Position numbers and translations under genes: made by a program
Shown here: in pieces, positions 55,061 through 60,035 of the stretch
How positions within the stretch are numbered: position 1 is the first letter of the stretch
Layout: each line of letters starts with the position of its first letter
Assembly: GCA_000998135.1 (NCBI GenBank)
Contig: LCCV01000009.1
Coordinates: forward strand, 1-60,035
DNA from: Parcubacteria group bacterium GW2011_GWA2_42_14
Lineage (GTDB): Bacteria; Patescibacteriota; Minisyncoccia; Sungbacterales; GWA2-42-14
Reading direction: 5' to 3'
Length of the DNA: 60,035 nt
The notes under the pieces: generated by a model
What the model saw: only the letters and a program-made list of their open reading frames with translations
The model's database searches: none
What the model was told of the DNA's origin: nothing

Positions 55061-55131
55061 CGCCGTGTTCTAAAATCACACTATTATTAAAAAACCAAGT
55101 ATTAATGCTTGGTTTTTGAATTAATTATCCA
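55061..55131. repeat. right copy of about 70-bp inverted repeat bracketing the pseudopilin module
   Basis: cgccgtgttctaaaatcacactattattaaaaaaccaagtattaatgcttggtttttgaat. Confidence 0.75.
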
Positions 55132-55256
55132 CATTCGCATTGCAGTCCGAACCAAAGAGCATTAAAATATAGTAAGTGGCTATTATTTTTAAATTAAACC
55201 GAATTAGGCCGGTTTTCAAACCGCCTTTTTTGGGTTAATAAAAATTCCATAAAATA

Positions 55257-58200
55257 ATGAAAAAAAAGGCTCTTTTTATTTCTATATTCTTTATTTTAGG
55301 TTTTGCGGTTCAATATTCTTACGCCGCCGCTCCGGTAATTCTTAGTTCTCCTGCCCCACAGGCGATAAATGTTATCAGCCCCGGAGCGCAAATAACCTGG
55401 TCAACCGATGTTCTTTCTGATTCGCAGGTATATTATGGAACGTCAAATACTTCGACGAGCTTTCCGTATTATTCATCCGGCCGATGCGATAGCGGGGGAA
55501 ACGTAACTTCTCACTGCGTAAACTTAACCCTTCTTTCAACGGGCGTGACTTATTATTTTAAAGTTAAGTCCTGCAATACTGACGGCTGTATTGAAGGAAG
55601 TGGTTATCAATTCACTACCACAAGCGGATCTTCTTCTGGAGGAAGCGGGGGTGGCAGTTCATCCACTTCCTGCCCCTCAAACATTGCTTCTTTACTCGGC
55701 TCCGGCTGCCATGACATGGGAAACGCCTACTTTAACAGCGCTATGGACCAATATGTGAATTACAACGGTTCTACTGTGTATTATTGCGGTACCAATTATA
55801 TTTCAGGATGCGCTACTGGGGGCGGAGGAAGTAATCCGCCAGGATCTCCTTATCTTTCCCTACCAGGCTCTTCAGCCAGCCCAATATATCTTTCTTGGAC
55901 AACTGTATCTGGCGCCACCTCGTATGAGGTCTGGCGAAGAACTCCTCCAAGTACCGGCACATTCACATCTATAACCACCGGCCTGACCGGACTTTCATAC
56001 AATGATTCCGGTGTAACTTCCGGCACTTCATATGAATACTACATCAAGGCCTGTAATGCTTACGGATGTTCTTCTTCAAATTACGCGACTATTTCCGTAA
56101 GCGGAGGCACTTCTTCAGATACGACTCCGCCGTCTGCTCCGGCAAATTTTTCAACTTATGCCAACTCATCAAGCCAGGTTACTCTTACCTGGGCGGCTTC
56201 TACTGATAACATCGGCGTTACCGGATATAAAATATTTAAAAATAATTCTTATCTGACCACTACCGCAGCGCTTTATTATTATGATTATGGAGTATCGCCC
56301 AGTACCGCCTATTCATACTATGTCAAAGCGGCGGACGCCGCCGGCAACGAATCCTCGCCAAGCCTGACGGCTTACGCTACCACGCCGTCAACAAGCACCA
56401 CAACCGCATCAACTTCCTGTTCAAGTACGGTTGTTTCTTTATTGGGTTCCGGTTGCCATGATATGGGCAATGCCTATTTCAACGGAGAAATGACGCAATA
56501 TGTGTATTACAACGGTTCAACTGTGTACTACTGCAACACCACTTACATTTCCGGATGCACTACTGTAGGAGGAGGCAATATACCAACATCACCAAGCAGT
56601 CTTAGGCAAATATCTTCTACCCAAAACTCAATTTCTCTTGCCTGGTATGACAATTCTTCCGGTGAAGATAAATTTAACTTGGAAAGAACCGTAAACAATA
56701 CAAGCTCATGGACGCTGGTAAGCCAGCTTGGAGCAAATATTATAAACTACACCGACACTGCCGTTACCGCGGGAACTTATTACGATTATAGAATTCAGGC
56801 CTGCCTTTCCGGTTATGGCTGTTCAGGATATGCCTATTTATACGGTGTATCAACTTCTGCTTCAACAGCAACCTCAACCCCGAGCGACGTAACTCTTCCC
56901 GGCATAATTTCCAATCTTTCTGCCAATAATCCAACATCAAATTCCGTAACTCTTTCCTGGACTGCTACGGGAGATGACGGAACAACCGGTACTGCTTATT
57001 CATATTCCGTAAAATATTCTACTGCTCCCATAACGACTGAGAGCGCGTGGCAGACGGCTTATTATGTAACTTCCGGAGTTCCTGTTCCGTATCCTGCCGG
57101 CACCAGCCAGACCATGGTCGTATCAGGACTTAGCCCCAACACAACATATTATTTTGCGATCAAGGCGTATGATGATGCGGGCAATATTTCCCCGTTGTCA
57201 AATTCTCCGCCAGGCAAAATTCTTTCCGGTACTGTTGCCACAACAACGGTTGATATGTCTCCGCCTTATGTCACGACCTTCGGCTTTCAAACCGAAGGCG
57301 ACGGCCGTATAAGGGCAGGAGCGATGTTCTCGGAATCGATAGACGAATCAACCCTTACCGATTCCAATGTTTATATAATCTTATCAGGCGCCGGAACCAA
57401 AATAGCCGGCACTATAACCAAATTCACTGCGGAAAAAGGCGTTGGTTATCTTACTTCGACACCCGCAAGCGCCGGAACCGACTATCAATTGGTAATAAAA
57501 AAGAATATTAATGACCTTGCCGGAAACCAAATGGCGCTTGATTATATTTCCCAAAAATTTCAGGCAAGCTTCGGAGGAATAAGTACATCTACGCCTCCGA
57601 CCAATATAACACAGACGGAAACTCCCAAACTCGTAAATTGGGGGTTAAGCGTCGGTACTGACGGCAATTCAACAATAGGACTGTCATTCAATGTGGAGAT
57701 GGATTACGCGACATTCAATGATTCAAGCGCCTATATTTATAAATCATCCGACCCCTCTTTACACCTGCCAGTAACTTTCCAAAAAAGGCCTTATCATGCG
57801 ATGTTTGTCTTAAAACTTACTCCCGGAATCGAATACGTCAGCGTGGTTAAATCAAGCGTAAAAAGCCTGAATGGGTTGAGTTTAGGAACTGATTATATCT
57901 GCAAGTTTGTGGCCTTGACTAGCGGTTATATCACCTCCTGTCCTCAAGAATCTATCAGTTCCGGACTGCCGACAATTTCTCCGGAAGTATCAATAAAATA
58001 CGGAATTCTTGAGGCCCAGGTTCTGGATTCTGAAGAAAAACCCGTGGACAAGGCAGGCGTTCATATTTTTAAAGAAGATTTTAGCTCCAATTTCGGAGGA
58101 ACGAGTGATGCCAGCGGATTATTTAAAAATAGCATTCAGCCGGGAATATATTATATAGAAGTTTTTCCTCCAACCGGAAGAACTGATTTGATTAAGCCGG

Positions 58201-60035
58201 AACCGGTAAAATTCGAAATATTGGGTGGAGAAACGAAAAAACTTATTATTCGGTTCGGCATTCTTAGTAAAACTATTACCGGCACCGTACTTTTTTCCAA
58301 CGACGCATCGGTTGCCGATGCCGAAGTCGGGGCTTATTCGAGTGCTAAAAACCAATGGGTAAGCGCTTTTACCGATTCCAGCGGGCGATATACCATGAAA
58401 GTCGGTAGCGGAAAATGGACAGTAGGAATAAGGCCAAGAGATCCGGCGGGAGCCAAATGGTCATGGTCCGGCCCCTTTCAGGAGGTTGTATTTACCGTAA
58501 ATCCCGGGCAGGAATTGATACTTATAAATTTCAGAATCCCCGTTTCCAACTCAAAAATAATTATTAAAGCGGTTGATGATTTGGGCAATCCGATTGAAAA
58601 TGCCGGGATCATTGCCAATACCATCAGCTCCTCCCAATCATATTCCGAATCAAAAACATCTCCGGAATTCAGAAAAACCGATGCCCGGGGAAAGGCCGAA
58701 TTCTCTTTAGCTCCGGCCCTATACTATATAAGAGGGGTTATAGATATAGAGCGCGGTTACCTTAATTCGGAAGAACAGCCGGTTCAAATTACCAAGGACG
58801 AAATCAGGGAAATGCGTTTGGTATTCAAGAGACGAAGCATTGTTGAAACTTTAGAATTATCCGGTTTATCCAGGATGGAAAATGGCTCTCCCTTAGACGC
58901 TTATATCTGGTCTTGGTCCGAGACGGGCAAATTTTTTGAAACCCGGGCAAATGAAAACGGAAAATTCAACGTTAAACTTGCTAAAGGAGAAAAATGGCAT
59001 ATTGGCGCGGGCAAGGTTTTAAACGGCATTTCTTATAAAGCGGATGATATTGTTATTGATCCGGAAAACCAAAATATTTCTCTTGAAATAATCTTGTTCA
59101 AACAAGCGGAATTGGCCCCGCCGGTAACGGTAGCTCAATCGGCAACTCAACAGGTTGTCGTGCAAACTCAGGACGGCGCTAAAACCGTAATTCCCTCGGG
59201 AGCGGTTTCAGGAGGAGCCACCATAAATGTGGAATTAAAGCCAACCACGGAAGCTCCGTCGCAGGCCGGCGCCCAGATTGTGGGTACCGCTTATGACATC
59301 AACATAACTGATGCGGCAGGCAAAGCCATAACTAAATTAACAAAAGATGCGGAAATAATTATTCCTTACGCGGAGGAAGAACTTAAAGCAAAAGGCATTA
59401 ATGAAGACAGGCTTATTCCAAGCTTCTTTGACGCCTCTCTGGCTGCCTGGCTGAAAATTGACAACTATACTATTGATAAAGAAAAAAATGTTGTAATTAT
59501 TCGCGTAAACCATTTGACAAGATTTGCCATAGTTGCGGCCGCCGATATAACCCCGCCGGACGCTCCTTCCAATGTAAAAATTTCGGCGTTGACAGAGGGC
59601 AAAGTTAAAATTTCCTGGGTTAATCCGGCCAAAGATTTTCATCACGTAAAAATATACCGCTCGGAAGCAAATGGTGAATCAGGAACCGTTGTTTTAAATG
59701 ACCTTACAGGGGACTCAACCACAGACAGCGGCCTGTCGGGAGGAAAAACTTATTATTACCTTTTGCGCTCCATTGACCCGGCCGGAAACGAATCAAACAA
59801 TACTGAACAAACTAAAATAGCTTTAGCAGGTATTGCGGCTAAACCGCAAGTCCAGCCGGAAACAAAAAAGCTTCCTCCGGGAATTGCCGTAAAACTGCAA
59901 ATACTGCGAAACCTTTCTGCCGGTTTCCAGGGAGACGACGTCAAAGCCATTCAGGAACTTTTGCTGAAAGAAGGGGTTTATCCGGAAGGATTAATTACCG
60001 GATTTTTCGGCAATCTTACCAAACAGGCAGTTATT
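55257..60035 (+). CDS. giant secreted surface protein (more than 1593 aa, 3' end outside window): Fn3 repeats, Ig-like/CarboxypepD_reg-like domains, start of a PG_binding_1 domain
   Basis: Hand-translated and absent from the ORF track, probably because there is no stop before the window end. It has the signal peptide MKKKALFISIFFILGFAVQYSYA. At least six Fn3-like units are seen (LSWTTVSGATSYEVWRR, VTLTWAASTDNIGVTGYKIFKN, ISLAWYDNSSGEDKFNLERT, VTLSWTATGDDG, KISWVNPAKDFHHVKIYRS). The end reads GDDVKAIQELLLKEGVYPEGLITGFFGNLTKQAV. Confidence 0.85.
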   Translation, partial: MKKKALFISIFFILGFAVQYSYAAAPVILSSPAPQAINVISPGAQITWSTDVLSDSQVYYGTSNTSTSFPYYSSGRCDSGGNVTSHCVNLTLLSTGVTYYFKVKSCNTDGCIEGSGYQFTTTSGSSSGGSGGGSSSTSCPSNIASLLGSGCHDMGNAYFNSAMDQYVNYNGSTVYYCGTNYISGCATGGGGSNPPGSPYLSLPGSSASPIYLSWTTVSGATSYEVWRRTPPSTGTFTSITTGLTGLSYNDSGVTSGTSYEYYIKACNAYGCSSSNYATISVSGGTSSDTTPPSAPANFSTYANSSSQVTLTWAASTDNIGVTGYKIFKNNSYLTTTAALYYYDYGVSPSTAYSYYVKAADAAGNESSPSLTAYATTPSTSTTTASTSCSSTVVSLLGSGCHDMGNAYFNGEMTQYVYYNGSTVYYCNTTYISGCTTVGGGNIPTSPSSLRQISSTQNSISLAWYDNSSGEDKFNLERTVNNTSSWTLVSQLGANIINYTDTAVTAGTYYDYRIQACLSGYGCSGYAYLYGVSTSASTATSTPSDVTLPGIISNLSANNPTSNSVTLSWTATGDDGTTGTAYSYSVKYSTAPITTESAWQTAYYVTSGVPVPYPAGTSQTMVVSGLSPNTTYYFAIKAYDDAGNISPLSNSPPGKILSGTVATTTVDMSPPYVTTFGFQTEGDGRIRAGAMFSESIDESTLTDSNVYIILSGAGTKIAGTITKFTAEKGVGYLTSTPASAGTDYQLVIKKNINDLAGNQMALDYISQKFQASFGGISTSTPPTNITQTETPKLVNWGLSVGTDGNSTIGLSFNVEMDYATFNDSSAYIYKSSDPSLHLPVTFQKRPYHAMFVLKLTPGIEYVSVVKSSVKSLNGLSLGTDYICKFVALTSGYITSCPQESISSGLPTISPEVSIKYGILEAQVLDSEEKPVDKAGVHIFKEDFSSNFGGTSDASGLFKNSIQPGIYYIEVFPPTGRTDLIKPEPVKFEILGGETKKLIIRFGILSKTITGTVLFSNDASVADAEVGAYSSAKNQWVSAFTDSSGRYTMKVGSGKWTVGIRPRDPAGAKWSWSGPFQEVVFTVNPGQELILINFRIPVSNSKIIIKAVDDLGNPIENAGIIANTISSSQSYSESKTSPEFRKTDARGKAEFSLAPALYYIRGVIDIERGYLNSEEQPVQITKDEIREMRLVFKRRSIVETLELSGLSRMENGSPLDAYIWSWSETGKFFETRANENGKFNVKLAKGEKWHIGAGKVLNGISYKADDIVIDPENQNISLEIILFKQAELAPPVTVAQSATQQVVVQTQDGAKTVIPSGAVSGGATINVELKPTTEAPSQAGAQIVGTAYDINITDAAGKAITKLTKDAEIIIPYAEEELKAKGINEDRLIPSFFDASLAAWLKIDNYTIDKEKNVVIIRVNHLTRFAIVAAADITPPDAPSNVKISALTEGKVKISWVNPAKDFHHVKIYRSEANGESGTVVLNDLTGDSTTDSGLSGGKTYYYLLRSIDPAGNESNNTEQTKIALAGIAAKPQVQPETKKLPPGIAVKLQILRNLSAGFQGDDVKAIQELLLKEGVYPEGLITGFFGNLTKQAVI

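Noticed and set aside
18605-59950. Numerous 60-140-aa ORFs antisense to or out of frame within long CDSs (for example 18605..18967, 26599..26979, 35460..35870, 35881..36210, 46741..47073, 54169..54603, 58119..58355, 59337..59645)
   Set aside because: They are fully embedded in better-supported genes on the other strand or frame, and have low-complexity or biased composition.

Overview
AT-rich bacterial contig whose gene content points by inference to a reduced-genome Candidate Phyla Radiation (Patescibacteria/Parcubacteria-like) organism: split transketolase, a non-oxidative pentose-phosphate/glycolysis fragment, type IV pilin-like genes, a dcw cluster and giant surface proteins. TGA, TAA and TAG all act as stops, so the code is standard. 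The dominant feature is a single 23S rRNA gene (about 2525-9896) expanded from about 2.8 kb to about 7.4 kb by twelve insertions. Four are group I-like introns: three paralogous ones at E. coli-equivalent sites about 1931, 2500 and 2593, and one carrying a LAGLIDADG ORF. Eight are helix-tip intervening sequences, one carrying a GIY-YIG ORF. Five insertions each hold a complete promoter/SD/small-ORF/terminator cassette antisense to the rRNA. Three of these encode tiny hydrophobic peptides, suggesting type I toxin-antitoxin-like logic. A 5S rRNA follows after a 760-bp spacer with small ORFs, and there is no 16S. The rest of the window holds housekeeping genes (mpg, rodA/ftsW, rpiB, rpe, tkt N and C halves, fba, rplY, prfA, rpmE, rpsB, tsf, mraZ-rsmH-ftsL-ftsI-murF) and three tRNAs (Thr, Tyr, Glu). 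It also holds a full-length LexA fused to a beta-class DNA methyltransferase that converges on and overlaps an unknown 326-aa gene, and a three-gene pseudopilin module bracketed by about 70-bp inverted repeats. A signal-peptide Fn3-rich surface protein of more than 1590 aa (55257 to window end) is missing from the ORF track. Nearly every gene boundary, several rRNA insertions and some coding regions carry hairpins whose arms are 10-12-nt periodic repeats of a short locus-specific word.
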